Shown: positions 54,157-62,532 of the stretch, in pieces
Layout of the letters: every line of letters starts with the position of its first letter
How positions within the stretch are numbered: the first letter of the stretch is position 1
Notes under the pieces: model-generated
What the model saw: only the letters and a program-made list of their open reading frames with translations
Told to the model about the DNA's origin: nothing
Databases searched by the model: none
Translations under genes and position numbers: made by a program
IMG/VR virus record: IMGVR_UViG_3300029893_000004
Location: 11,780-75,779 of that record
Length of the DNA stretch: 64,000 bases
Strand: one strand, 5' to 3'
Source: a virus

Positions 54157-55616
54157 GGGGTCCTCCGTTCGTTGGCGCGGCGCCAGATAGCCGCCTCTGC
54201 CTTCGCGAGCAACGCCGAACGCACGCTACGGACGCGCGACCATGGCACCTCTGCGTCGAGCGGGATGTCCGCGATCACGTCGCGGTCGTAGTCGATGCCG
54301 GCCGTCATGGCCCACGCGCGGACGCGCTCCCATCGGCGATCGGGCGATCCTTCCGCGGCCACGTCTCCACGCGGCCGCGCTGCGAGGTAGGCGAGCCCGT
54401 CGCCCCGTCTCATACGCTTCCACACGTCGGCCTCAGTCGTGTGCTGGTCGACCATGACCGACCGCCACAGCGGCTCGCTCTTCTGCATCGCCGTGCGTAG
54501 CCGTCTGTACTCGCGCGCAGCCGTGATAGACGGCCCGACCCCGAAGCGCTGGAGCGGCGTCAGCGGCTGCGGCGACAGCGGCGTGATCTTGACGTCGCAC
54601 GCCTTCCAGTGCCGGAATCCGGCGCGGCGGATGATCGACAGCAGATCGCCGGCGTGCCTGCGGTCGCTGGCTGTTTCGGTCGGCAGTCCCGCGATGAGGA
54701 ACATGCGCCCCATGCGGTAGCCCTCCTCCTGACTGCGGGCGAGCGCCGCCGCGATGTCTCCGTCCGTCATCGGCTTGCCGATCATCGTCCGGAGCCGCTC
54801 CGTCACGCCCTCGACGCCGAACCGAATGCGGCCCTTGTCGGCCCGGCTCGGGCGGCTCTTCAGGTACGGGCGGATCCGCGTGCTGCGCCAGCGCGGCGTG
54901 TAGGTTCCGTCCGCCACGATTTCATCGAACCAGTCGATCCCGTCGGTGTCGGGTGCCGACAGCACGGCGCGGCCCTTGCCGTAGGTGGCCTCGATCTGGC
55001 GCAAGTGCGCCTCGGCGTCCTCCCGGCTGCGCTGCCAGTACGTGTACGCCCACCCGATCTCGCAGAACGTGCAGGACGAACGGCACCCGCGGGCCACCTC
55101 CAGATAGACGGTCTCGCCCACGCCCTCCTTGCTGCCCTGCGAGTAGTGCGCCCGGCGCTGGCTCGGGTCGGTCGCGAGCCGGAACGTCACCTCGCGTGCA
55201 TCGCCGGTGTCGATCCCCTCGACCGAGGCGAGGCGGTCCCGGTCAGGCGCGGCCCCGATGATCTCGCCCATCGCGTCATCAGCTTCGCCAACGAAACACG
55301 CGTCAAAGACGTCGAGGAACGGCGACGTGTTGACGACCGCGTGCCCTCCGAGGATGTAGCACGTCCGCCCACCACGCGCCGTGCGCTCCATCGACTCGCC
55401 GACAGCCTCAAAGAAGTCGCGGATGCGCCATGCGTTGCCGGCGTACGGCAGCGAGACGAGCCACACGTCAGGCCGCGGACGCGGGGTCGTGTCGCCGAGA
55501 GGAACGTAGGTCACCGCATGCCCCGCCCTCTCAGCGCCGTCCATGACGATGCGGATTCCCCACCCGGCGAGTTGATCGGCGTCTCCCGCGAGCTCCGTTG
55601 CGTAGACCGTCTTCAT
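54153..55616 (-). CDS. Radical SAM enzyme with B12-binding-like N-terminal region
   Basis: LEVARGCRSSCTFC (CxxxCxxC); ILGGH...FVGEAD; RFGVEGVTERLR..IGKP; MFLIAGLPTET..D. Confidence 0.92.
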   Translation of the reverse strand: MKTVYATELAGDADQLAGWGIRIVMDGAERAGHAVTYVPLGDTTPRPRPDVWLVSLPYAGNAWRIRDFFEAVGESMERTARGGRTCYILGGHAVVNTSPFLDVFDACFVGEADDAMGEIIGAAPDRDRLASVEGIDTGDAREVTFRLATDPSQRRAHYSQGSKEGVGETVYLEVARGCRSSCTFCEIGWAYTYWQRSREDAEAHLRQIEATYGKGRAVLSAPDTDGIDWFDEIVADGTYTPRWRSTRIRPYLKSRPSRADKGRIRFGVEGVTERLRTMIGKPMTDGDIAAALARSQEEGYRMGRMFLIAGLPTETASDRRHAGDLLSIIRRAGFRHWKACDVKITPLSPQPLTPLQRFGVGPSITAAREYRRLRTAMQKSEPLWRSVMVDQHTTEADVWKRMRRGDGLAYLAARPRGDVAAEGSPDRRWERVRAWAMTAGIDYDRDVIADIPLDAEVPWSRVRSVRSALLAKAEAAIWRRANERRTP

Positions 55617-56314
55617 GCGGCGCCTCCGTCGGGAAGGAAGACCGGACACCGGCGCGAGGGGTGCCAGTACGGAGCGCGGAGCCCGGCCAGCCGCACGTGC
55701 CCGCGAACGCCCGGCCACGATGTCGGCAAGGCGCGCACTGGGCGACCTTGCCAGACGCAGGATCGATCATCGTCGATCGGCTCCACCGTCCACTCGAGCA
55801 CCTCGCCGGACCCGTGGTTGCGCACGCGTCCAAGGTGGTGGACGTCACCGAGCAGATCGCGCACGGCGTCGATGTCGCCGAGCGCGTACCACTCGATCGA
55901 CTCCGCGAGCCGAGCAGGAAGAGCGATGTCCACCGCCTTGCGGGGCCCCGCTGCGATGTTCTCCGTCCCTCCGTCCGTGTAGCGGGCGTAGGCATCCATC
56001 GGCGGACGTCGGCGCACCGCTCGCGTCTCCTCTGCCGTCCATCTCGCGTGCATGCTCGACCCGCACCATCCCCACACGAGTCCGTCGTCGTCGAGCAGGG
56101 CGGCACTTGCGCCCGCCGGCGCCGCACATGCCCATCGCGCGAGAGGCACGTCGACGTCGATCGGGCGCGCCGTGTGTTGTGGCAGCGGCAGTGCGTCCCG
56201 CTCGTCTCGCGGCAGGCGCCCAAAGGCAGCAGCGGCAAGGATCCCGTCGATGTGCGAGATCCCGTCCGTCGTCACGACGCTGTTCGCCATGCGCGCGGTG
56301 ATGCGCATGGGCAC
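55613..56314 (-). CDS. csf3: Type IV CRISPR Cas5-like RAMP (Csf3)
   Basis: HIDGILAAA...GPRK....P.....IEWYALGD...VRDLL..VHHLGRVRNHGSGEVLEWTVE...RAPYWHP. Confidence 0.82.
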   Translation of the reverse strand: MPMRITARMANSVVTTDGISHIDGILAAAAFGRLPRDERDALPLPQHTARPIDVDVPLARWACAAPAGASAALLDDDGLVWGWCGSSMHARWTAEETRAVRRRPPMDAYARYTDGGTENIAAGPRKAVDIALPARLAESIEWYALGDIDAVRDLLGDVHHLGRVRNHGSGEVLEWTVEPIDDDRSCVWQGRPVRALPTSWPGVRGHVRLAGLRAPYWHPSRRCPVFLPDGGAA

Positions 56315-56337
56315 ATGCCCCACCTCCCGCCGGACAA

Positions 56338-57720
56338 TCACGACAACCTCCCGAGCGCCCCAAGGATGTCCCGCCGGTGCTCGCGCAGGTGCGTCTCGTA
56401 TCTCGCGTGCATAGCCCGCGCAGCGCCGTCGTTCTCGCCGAGTTCCGGCGGAAGCTCCGCCCGGCGCCACTCGGGATAGCGCAGCGCGATCGGCTCGCTC
56501 GCCTGAATGGTCAGCGCAGCCTCACCGTTGCCGACCGCCTTGCCGGCGCCGATGAACGGCAGGCGCATCCACTCGTTGACCGCCGCCCACAGCGCGGCCT
56601 CTTCGATCTCGGTGAGGTCCTTCGTGTAGACGCGGCAGACGAGCTGCGTCCCCGCAGCCAGCACCTGGCGCTCGTAGATCATCTGTTGCGAGTCGCCCTT
56701 GTCGGTGTGCTCTTTGGCCTCGCGCTTGGCGAGGGCCTCGCGCTTGCCGTCCTCCAGCAACCGCATCTCGCCGGCCGTCAGGTAGCGCTGCACCTCCTGC
56801 TGCCGCAGCGGGTCGTGCCGCGTGCCCATCTGCACGTCGTACAGGTGGCCCACCGGGACGCGCAACAGCCGACTGTCGATCGCGTCGCTCGGATCGATGC
56901 GATCGGCGTGCTCGGCGCACACGGGGCGCGCGTCGCCGACGGAGATCCGGCTCTCGGCCATGAAGTTGCCGAGTGCGCCTCCGCACAGGCTCAGGACCGG
57001 GATGTGCTCACAGATCGCCCGGTAGGCGCCCAGGTCGATCGCGCTGCCCTTCGTCGTCAGGGCCCCTCCCGACCACAGCAAGTGCACGGCCGCCTTGCTC
57101 AGAGACCCGTCGGGCACCTCCAGCACGCGCAGCATGTGCCGCACGCCGGGCTCGCGGATGACGACGTGCTTGATGGCGTTGCCCGTCACGTAGGGCACGT
57201 CCTGCGGCTCACCGTCGACGATGAAGCGCCCGGTGCGGAACAGCGAGACGTTGCCCTCGGTGCCCTGCCCGTGGTGCAGGGCGGAGAGCATCGTGAAGGT
57301 GAACTGACAGCGGAGAGACCGACGGGTGGTCGGCGCGGGTGCGCTCGGCGTGTCGAGCTCGACGAACAGGGCGGCGTCGGAGTCGCGTTGCCTGGCTAAC
57401 TGCCGATCAAGCCACTCCCGGTGCCGATCATCCCATTCCGCAAGCGGGACGAATACGTACTTGTCCCGCGGCTCGCAGCCACCCCACCGCGGATTGACCT
57501 TGCCGGTCCCTGGATCGGCCATCCATCCGCCGATGGATCGGGCGAGCCGATGCGCTCGCGCAACGCACGACTCGCCAGTCTCCGCTCCATGGCGCCCCGA
57601 CTCGTATACGATGTGCTCCACGTCCGCGAGCCATCCCGCGCAATTGTCGTGCGAATACTCCTCCATCGCGTCGAGGATCATGCGTTCGATGTCTTCACGA
57701 CTAATGTCGATGCTGCTCAC
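56338..57720 (-). CDS. csf2: Type IV CRISPR Cas7-like backbone (Csf2) with about 125-aa N-terminal fusion
   Basis: TMLSALHHG, VPYVTGNAIKH.VIR, LWSGG, IP.LSLCGG, QQMIYERQVLAAGTQL, IGAGKAVGNG. Confidence 0.88.
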   Translation of the reverse strand: MSSIDISREDIERMILDAMEEYSHDNCAGWLADVEHIVYESGRHGAETGESCVARAHRLARSIGGWMADPGTGKVNPRWGGCEPRDKYVFVPLAEWDDRHREWLDRQLARQRDSDAALFVELDTPSAPAPTTRRSLRCQFTFTMLSALHHGQGTEGNVSLFRTGRFIVDGEPQDVPYVTGNAIKHVVIREPGVRHMLRVLEVPDGSLSKAAVHLLWSGGALTTKGSAIDLGAYRAICEHIPVLSLCGGALGNFMAESRISVGDARPVCAEHADRIDPSDAIDSRLLRVPVGHLYDVQMGTRHDPLRQQEVQRYLTAGEMRLLEDGKREALAKREAKEHTDKGDSQQMIYERQVLAAGTQLVCRVYTKDLTEIEEAALWAAVNEWMRLPFIGAGKAVGNGEAALTIQASEPIALRYPEWRRAELPPELGENDGAARAMHARYETHLREHRRDILGALGRLS

Positions 57721-58106
57721 AGGGCACCTCCTTTCTGCGCCCGTGCCTCATCGCGGGCCGCGCGCACTTGGACTGCGATGTAGGCCGCCTCGTCCTTCAC
57801 GAGCCGGCAGAAGCGGCGGAAGGCCGCGGGATCATAAAGGTCTTCACCAATCGAAGAGATTGAGTTGCTCGCTCCCTCGAAGAACTGCGGGATTTGCAAC
57901 GCCCGGCGCAGACCCTCCACCATCTGGCCGTAGGTGGTCGCCATCATCGCCCGCGCCTTGAACGCCGCCGGCATGCGCTCCCAGTACGTCCGCGGGCTCA
58001 CTTTGTCCCAGTCCACGGACTTGTGCACGGCTGTCATCAGCCGCACGGCCAGCGCGCGCAGGTCGTCGTCCGTCAAGGACTGCGGCACACTCGTCTCTCC
58101 ACTCAT
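57717..58106 (-). CDS. cas11: Cas11-like small subunit
   Basis: All-helical 129 aa between csf1 and csf2, as in type IV-B; RTYWERM...LRRALQIP; GTGA coupling to csf2. Confidence 0.72.
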   Translation of the reverse strand: MSGETSVPQSLTDDDLRALAVRLMTAVHKSVDWDKVSPRTYWERMPAAFKARAMMATTYGQMVEGLRRALQIPQFFEGASNSISSIGEDLYDPAAFRRFCRLVKDEAAYIAVQVRAARDEARAQKGGAL

Positions 58107-58779
58107 CGGTTCCTTCCTTCCGCAGCAGGCTCGCCGCGAGGCGCAGAACGGGACCGCCCCGGACTGCGCGCAGGTGTTGATCGTGCTCGCGCCAGACGTC
58201 GACGCCGGCCCGGTGCAGCGCATTGACGTCGGGCTGGCCCGTCAAGATGTGCTCACGGGTGTAGCCCGCGACGTAAAGCGCAGCGGCGCGGTAGGCCACA
58301 CGCGCGAAGTGCAGCGGCTCCGCCGCCACCGTCTCCCGCTCCATCCGAATCTGCCACGCGCCCGTGCCCTCGTTGACGGGCGTGAACGGCAGCAGGTGGA
58401 TCTGCCCCGAGTCCGCCAGCGCGAGGAACCACCGGCAGTCCGGCGGGTCGAGCAGGTAGCGCCACGCCGGCGCCGTCTCGCTCTTGTTGAAGCGGTGCCA
58501 CCCGTCCCGCTCGCTCCACGCGTGGCTGAACATGCGCTGCGGCGGGTTGTCCTTGCTGGGCTTGCCCGCCATCACGGCGAGACACCCGGCGCACACCCAC
58601 TCCGACCACGGCGCCCGGGCCTCGGCCTGCGACGTGAAGCTGGGCCCGATCGCCTTGCCCGTCGCCTGGCCGGACGTGCACGCGCCGCCGCACGTGTAGC
58701 AGAGGGCGTCGCAGCGCACGCAGCCCGGCGGGGGCGGGAGGGGGCAAGCGGCCGCGACGATCTGAGGCGCTGTCAGCAT
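57844..58779 (-). CDS. csf1: Type IV CRISPR Cas8-like large subunit (Csf1)
   Basis: CYTCG...F......S.WVCAGC Zn finger; YLLDPP..WFLALADSGQIHLLPFTPVN; AGYTREHILTG. Confidence 0.85.
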   Translation of the reverse strand: MLTAPQIVAAACPLPPPPGCVRCDALCYTCGGACTSGQATGKAIGPSFTSQAEARAPWSEWVCAGCLAVMAGKPSKDNPPQRMFSHAWSERDGWHRFNKSETAPAWRYLLDPPDCRWFLALADSGQIHLLPFTPVNEGTGAWQIRMERETVAAEPLHFARVAYRAAALYVAGYTREHILTGQPDVNALHRAGVDVWREHDQHLRAVRGGPVLRLAASLLRKEGTDEWRDECAAVLDGRRPARAGRAADDSRAQVRGLGQSEPADVLGAHAGGVQGAGDDGDHLRPDGGGSAPGVANPAVLRGSEQLNLFDW

Positions 58780-58841
58780 CTACCACCTCCCCGCCACCAA
58801 GTTGATGAGCTCCGTTCGGTCGTCGACGTGATCAGAGTCAT
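58773..58841 (-). pseudogene. Internally deleted first gene of the csf operon
   Basis: GAGGAG RBS + MTLITS, then the protein-like frame DDRTELINLVAGRW* is out of register. Confidence 0.45.
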
Positions 58842-58889
58842 CGTCTTGTCTCCTCGGTTGCCGTTGCTGCCGTCCGTCTTCATGCTCCC

Positions 58890-58941
58890 AATGTAGCGCC
58901 GCGTTACCTGCCGATCAAGCGAAAAAGTAACGTGGCGCTAC
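58890..58941 (-). promoter_or_regulatory. csf operon promoter with two operators
   Basis: TTGATC-N17-TACATT; GTAGCGCCGCGTTAC at 58893-58907 and GTAACGTGGCGCTAC at 58927-58941. Confidence 0.8.
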
Positions 58942-59144
58942 TTTTCTTGGAACGCCCGCAGGATCGCGGGGTTGTCGGCCAGCACGCGTGCCATGTGCAT
59001 GGCCCACTCGGGCACCGGATGCGTGCCGAGCTCCCACCGCGTCACGCTTTGCCGGTGTACGCGCATGGCGTCGGCGAGCTCGTGCTGCTTCAGGCCCATG
59101 CGCTCGCGGAGCTGGCGGAACACGTCCGCTTGATTCTCTTCCAT
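58938..59144 (-). CDS. XRE/Cro HTH repressor (Aca-like position)
   Basis: FRQLRERMGLKQHELADAMRVHRQSVTRWELG; GGAGGTG RBS. Confidence 0.92.
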   Translation of the reverse strand: MEENQADVFRQLRERMGLKQHELADAMRVHRQSVTRWELGTHPVPEWAMHMARVLADNPAILRAFQEK

Positions 59145-59167
59145 GGGGTTCACCTCCTGCCCCCCCC

Positions 59168-59197
59168 ATGGTAACGCGGCGCTACGTCCGCCGTCAA
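59168..59197 (-). promoter_or_regulatory. HTH gene promoter with third operator copy
   Basis: TTGACG-N18-TACCAT; GTAACGCGGCGCTAC at 59171-59185. Confidence 0.7.
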
Positions 59198-59394
59198 CCC
59201 CGCTCGGCATCCTCCCGCGCCTTGCACACGGCGCACGGCTCGCCGTCGGGGTCGACGCCCCGCCGGCAGCACACCCGGGCGCGCTTGTCGGGCTCGCGCC
59301 GAACGGTCTCGTAGGTGTCGGTCTGAAAGGTCTTCCGCAGCGGCCGGGGCCCGTAGAAGGGGCACGGGAACACGCTCTTGTTGTCGTCGGTCAT
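59194..59394 (-). CDS. Small Cys-rich protein
   Basis: CPFY...CCRRG...CAVC; follows terL. Confidence 0.55.
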   Translation of the reverse strand: MTDDNKSVFPCPFYGPRPLRKTFQTDTYETVRREPDKRARVCCRRGVDPDGEPCAVCKAREDAERG

Positions 59395-59396
59395 GA

Positions 59397-60944
59397 TCAC
59401 ACCTCGTCCCATGTGGTGTCTGCCTCGATGCTGCCGAACCCGCCGCCGCCCAACTGCGCCTGCGCCCGCTCCCAGACGTCCGCCATGCCGCGCACGGGGC
59501 CCCGCGCGCGCACTTCGTCGGCCAGGAACGGGTCTTGCTCGGCCAGCTCGCGCAGGTTGCGCGGGCTGTTGCCCAGGTCCTCGAAAAACCCCCGGTGCTC
59601 CTGCGCGGCGCACAGCGCCATGAGCATGAGCGCAGTGGCCCGGTCGGCGTGGCCGTCGTCGGTGCGGTCGACCGTGTAGCTGATCTGCGCGGTCTTCGTC
59701 ACGACGCGGCGGATGGCGTTCAGCTCGCCGATGGTGTCGCGGTCGTCCGGGTCGAGCCCGAGCCGCCGCTGCTCGAGGAGCATCTTCGTCGTCTCGACGA
59801 GCTCGCGCTTGAACCCCTGCTTGCTGAAGTTCGCGGGGTAGACGGTCCCCGGGAAGCGGCGCCGCAAGTTCTCCGCGAGGTGCATCCCGAGGCCGGTCTC
59901 GTCGACGAGCACGCGCGAGGGGCGCCGACCGATGAACGAGCCTGCGAGCCACTCCTCCTGGTCGTCGAACGCCATCTTCTGCTGGACGTCGACGCGCTCC
60001 TGCAGGATGCGCCCCTTGCTGGTCCGCCCGCCGTAGCACAGGCCCGTCAGGTCGTGCCGCCGGCCGATGTCCACGCCGGCGAACCACTCCATGACGAGCT
60101 CCTGCTCGCGCTCGATGGCCGCCTCGATCTGCGCGTAGGTCGCCTGACCGGCCTCGAGCAGCTCGCGCGGGAAGTACGACGCGGCGTCGGACAGGAACGC
60201 GCACTCGTACTCCTGCGCGAAAGCGTCCGCCGTGCGCTCGGCGCGCAGCTTGGCGATCGGCAGGTCCTGGCCGTCGCGCACCGCCTCGTGGACGGTCACC
60301 GTGTGGTGTGACCAGTCCTTGCCCAGCGGGCCGCGGGCGTAGTCGTAGAACAGCCCGCGATCGCCGAGCGGCGTGCTGGCGAGGATCTTCCGGTAGTGCG
60401 CGAGCGAGGCAATGCCGAACGCGGCGTCGCGCATCTCGTCCGCGCTCGGCAGGAAGGCCGCCTCGTCGATCATGACGTCGCCCGTGTAGCCGCGGGCGCT
60501 GTCCGGGCTGCTCGGGAGACTCCGGATCTCGCTGTCGTTGCAGAGCGTGATGCAGCTCTTGTTGTTCTCGCCGGACTTGTTCAGCAGGTCGCCGCGGCCC
60601 AGCACCTTGCCGATCCAGCGGACCCACTTCTTGCACTTGGCCATGAGGCTGTCGGCCTGCTTCTGGGACTTGCTGATCAGGTACTGGTGCCGCTCGGGCT
60701 CCGACAGGCCCTGCAGGACGGCGCGCAGAGCGAGCAAGAAGCTCTTGCCCACCTGGCGGCTGGTCGTGATCGTGATGTTCGGCGCGTCGTCGAACAGGAT
60801 GCGGAGCTGGTACGCGTGCAAGAAGGCGCACAGTGCGAGCAACAGCGCGGGCGGCAGATTGCCGGCGATGGCGCTGCGCTGCGCCCAGTGCTTCGCCCGC
60901 TCGTGCACGTCGTCGGGCACGAGGAGGCCGTCGAGGTCTTTCAT
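59397..60944 (-). CDS. terL: Terminase large subunit
   Basis: SRQVGKS Walker A, VMIDEAAF Walker B, ASTP, GVDIGRRHD, GHADRA. Confidence 0.96.
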   Translation of the reverse strand: MKDLDGLLVPDDVHERAKHWAQRSAIAGNLPPALLLALCAFLHAYQLRILFDDAPNITITTSRQVGKSFLLALRAVLQGLSEPERHQYLISKSQKQADSLMAKCKKWVRWIGKVLGRGDLLNKSGENNKSCITLCNDSEIRSLPSSPDSARGYTGDVMIDEAAFLPSADEMRDAAFGIASLAHYRKILASTPLGDRGLFYDYARGPLGKDWSHHTVTVHEAVRDGQDLPIAKLRAERTADAFAQEYECAFLSDAASYFPRELLEAGQATYAQIEAAIEREQELVMEWFAGVDIGRRHDLTGLCYGGRTSKGRILQERVDVQQKMAFDDQEEWLAGSFIGRRPSRVLVDETGLGMHLAENLRRRFPGTVYPANFSKQGFKRELVETTKMLLEQRRLGLDPDDRDTIGELNAIRRVVTKTAQISYTVDRTDDGHADRATALMLMALCAAQEHRGFFEDLGNSPRNLRELAEQDPFLADEVRARGPVRGMADVWERAQAQLGGGGFGSIEADTTWDEV

Positions 60945-61003
60945 GGTGGTGACTTCGGGAAGGGGATGTTGGGGGATCGGAGGAGCGGACGGGCGCGGTC
61001 AGG

Positions 61004-61212
61004 TCACCGGTCCGCGAACTCCCGCCACGGTGGCAGGTTCTTCGCGCTCGGATATGGCTCGTTCAGGGCGGCCCACAGGGCCTCGGGATCGGTCGTGCTG
61101 CCGATCGCGAGCGTGACCGACGCGTCGAACGTCGCGCTCGACTCCAGTCGCCGCTCCAGTTCGTCCGCGCGCTTCCGCTGTTCGTCGGCCTCCGCCCGCA
61201 GTCGTCTTCCAT
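61004..61212 (-). pseudogene. Frameshifted small gene
   Basis: GGAGGTG + ATG GAA GA, with the protein-like coiled-coil frame RLRAEADEQRKRADELERR... out of register. Confidence 0.5.
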
Positions 61213-61304
61213 CGCCTCACCTCCTGTTGTCTCGCTCGCGCCCGTTGCGCGCCCCGTGCAACGCGGTGCGCCGGGGCAGCGGGCGGAAGTCTCGCAACAG
61301 GGCC

Positions 61305-61333
61305 ACCGTACACCCGCCCCGCTTTACTGTCAA
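61305..61333 (-). promoter_or_regulatory. Sigma70-like promoter upstream of terL
   Basis: TTGACA-N17-TACGGT. Confidence 0.65.
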
Positions 61334-62037
61334 TCAATTTTCGGGACCGCGAACCCTCTCCCGCGCGTTGGCGGCGCGGGCGCGGGCTCGTCCGGCTCCG
61401 GCTCCACGTCGATGACGTCGCCGGCCGGCGCCTCGATCTGCGCGGGCGTCGAGCGGTCCATCGCACGAGGCCCGAACACGTCCTTGCTCGCCTTGCCCAC
61501 GAGCTCGGCGAGGCTTCCGGCGATGCGTTCGGCTGCCTCAGGGCTCAGATTCTCTTTCGTCAGCGCCACGACCGCGCCCGTGCACTGGACGAGGTCCTTC
61601 GCGGCGCCGCGGCGCACGGCGGCCGGGATGGGCACCTCCACGACGCCCGAGCGCGGGTCGTAGCGATGGTCGGTCACGGCGCCCGTCGCGATGTCCTCGA
61701 GCACGCGCAGGCCAGCCTCGATGCGGCGCATGCTCTCGCCGACGGTCGAGCGCACGTGCTCGGCGACGGCTTGGCGGGCGCGCGCCTCTTCGCGTATGGC
61801 CTCGGCGGTTCGGGAGCGCGTCTCGGTGTCGCGCTCGACGGCCTCCACGTCGCGCGCCTCGCGCATCTCGCGGCGCTCGGTGTCGATCTGCCGGAAGTAG
61901 CGCCCGACCGCCGCAGCCGACAGGGCGATGTTGTGGTCGGCCTGCAGGCGGCGCGCGATCTGCACGTTGGTGTAGTGCCCGCGCCACTGCAGCACCTTCT
62001 CGCGCAGGCCGGCGAGGTCGATGACGGAAGTGCGCAT
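61330..62037 (-). CDS. Terminase small subunit-like protein (Mu gp27/DUF3486-like)
   Basis: N-terminal HTH TNVQIARRL...LSAAAVGRY plus coiled coil; upstream of terL. Confidence 0.7.
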   Translation of the reverse strand: MRTSVIDLAGLREKVLQWRGHYTNVQIARRLQADHNIALSAAAVGRYFRQIDTERREMREARDVEAVERDTETRSRTAEAIREEARARQAVAEHVRSTVGESMRRIEAGLRVLEDIATGAVTDHRYDPRSGVVEVPIPAAVRRGAAKDLVQCTGAVVALTKENLSPEAAERIAGSLAELVGKASKDVFGPRAMDRSTPAQIEAPAGDVIDVEPEPDEPAPAPPTRGRGFAVPKID

Positions 62038-62078
62038 GGTCTTCAGCCCGTCGCGAACAGGTCGAGTTGCGAGGCGCC

Positions 62079-62495
62079 CTACGTCGGGATGGGCGGGCGC
62101 GTCGTCGCCAGCGGCTCGGGACGCCGCTGCGCAAGCTCCACGACGGGCGCCACCGCAGCCGAACGCGCGCAGCGCTCACGGGACGCGGCGGCCCACTTCG
62201 GGTCGAGCTCTGACAGGATGACCGACCGGCCCAGCGTCAGCGCCGCCTCGCCGGTCGCGCCCGAGCCCGCGAAGACGTACAGCGAGCCGTTCGGCCTGAG
62301 CACCCGCTGCCACTGCTCGCAGAGCTGCCCGATCCACGCGACGAACGCCTCGGGCCGATCCCACTGCCGGTCCCACGCCTCGCCCTTCACCCGGTAGAAC
62401 GGCGGGTCGGTCAGCACGAGGTCGACGCTGTTGTCTGGCAGCGCGCGCAGCACGTCCAAGGCGTCGCGCTCGTGCACGGCGTAGGTGGTCCCCAT
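62079..62495 (-). pseudogene. Beta-class N4/N6 DNA methyltransferase with an in-frame internal deletion
   Basis: SVDLVLTDPPF...RVLRPNGSLYVF joined directly to AGSGATG..A..LGR..I.SELD. Confidence 0.8.
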
Positions 62496-62532
62496 GGGTG
62501 CCCCGGTGGTCTAAGCGTTCGTTGCGCGCGGG

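Noticed and set aside
53300-59200. CRISPR array for the csf genes
   Set aside because: No regularly spaced repeats of 25-40 bp; only a single 10-bp direct repeat pair and 15-bp operators
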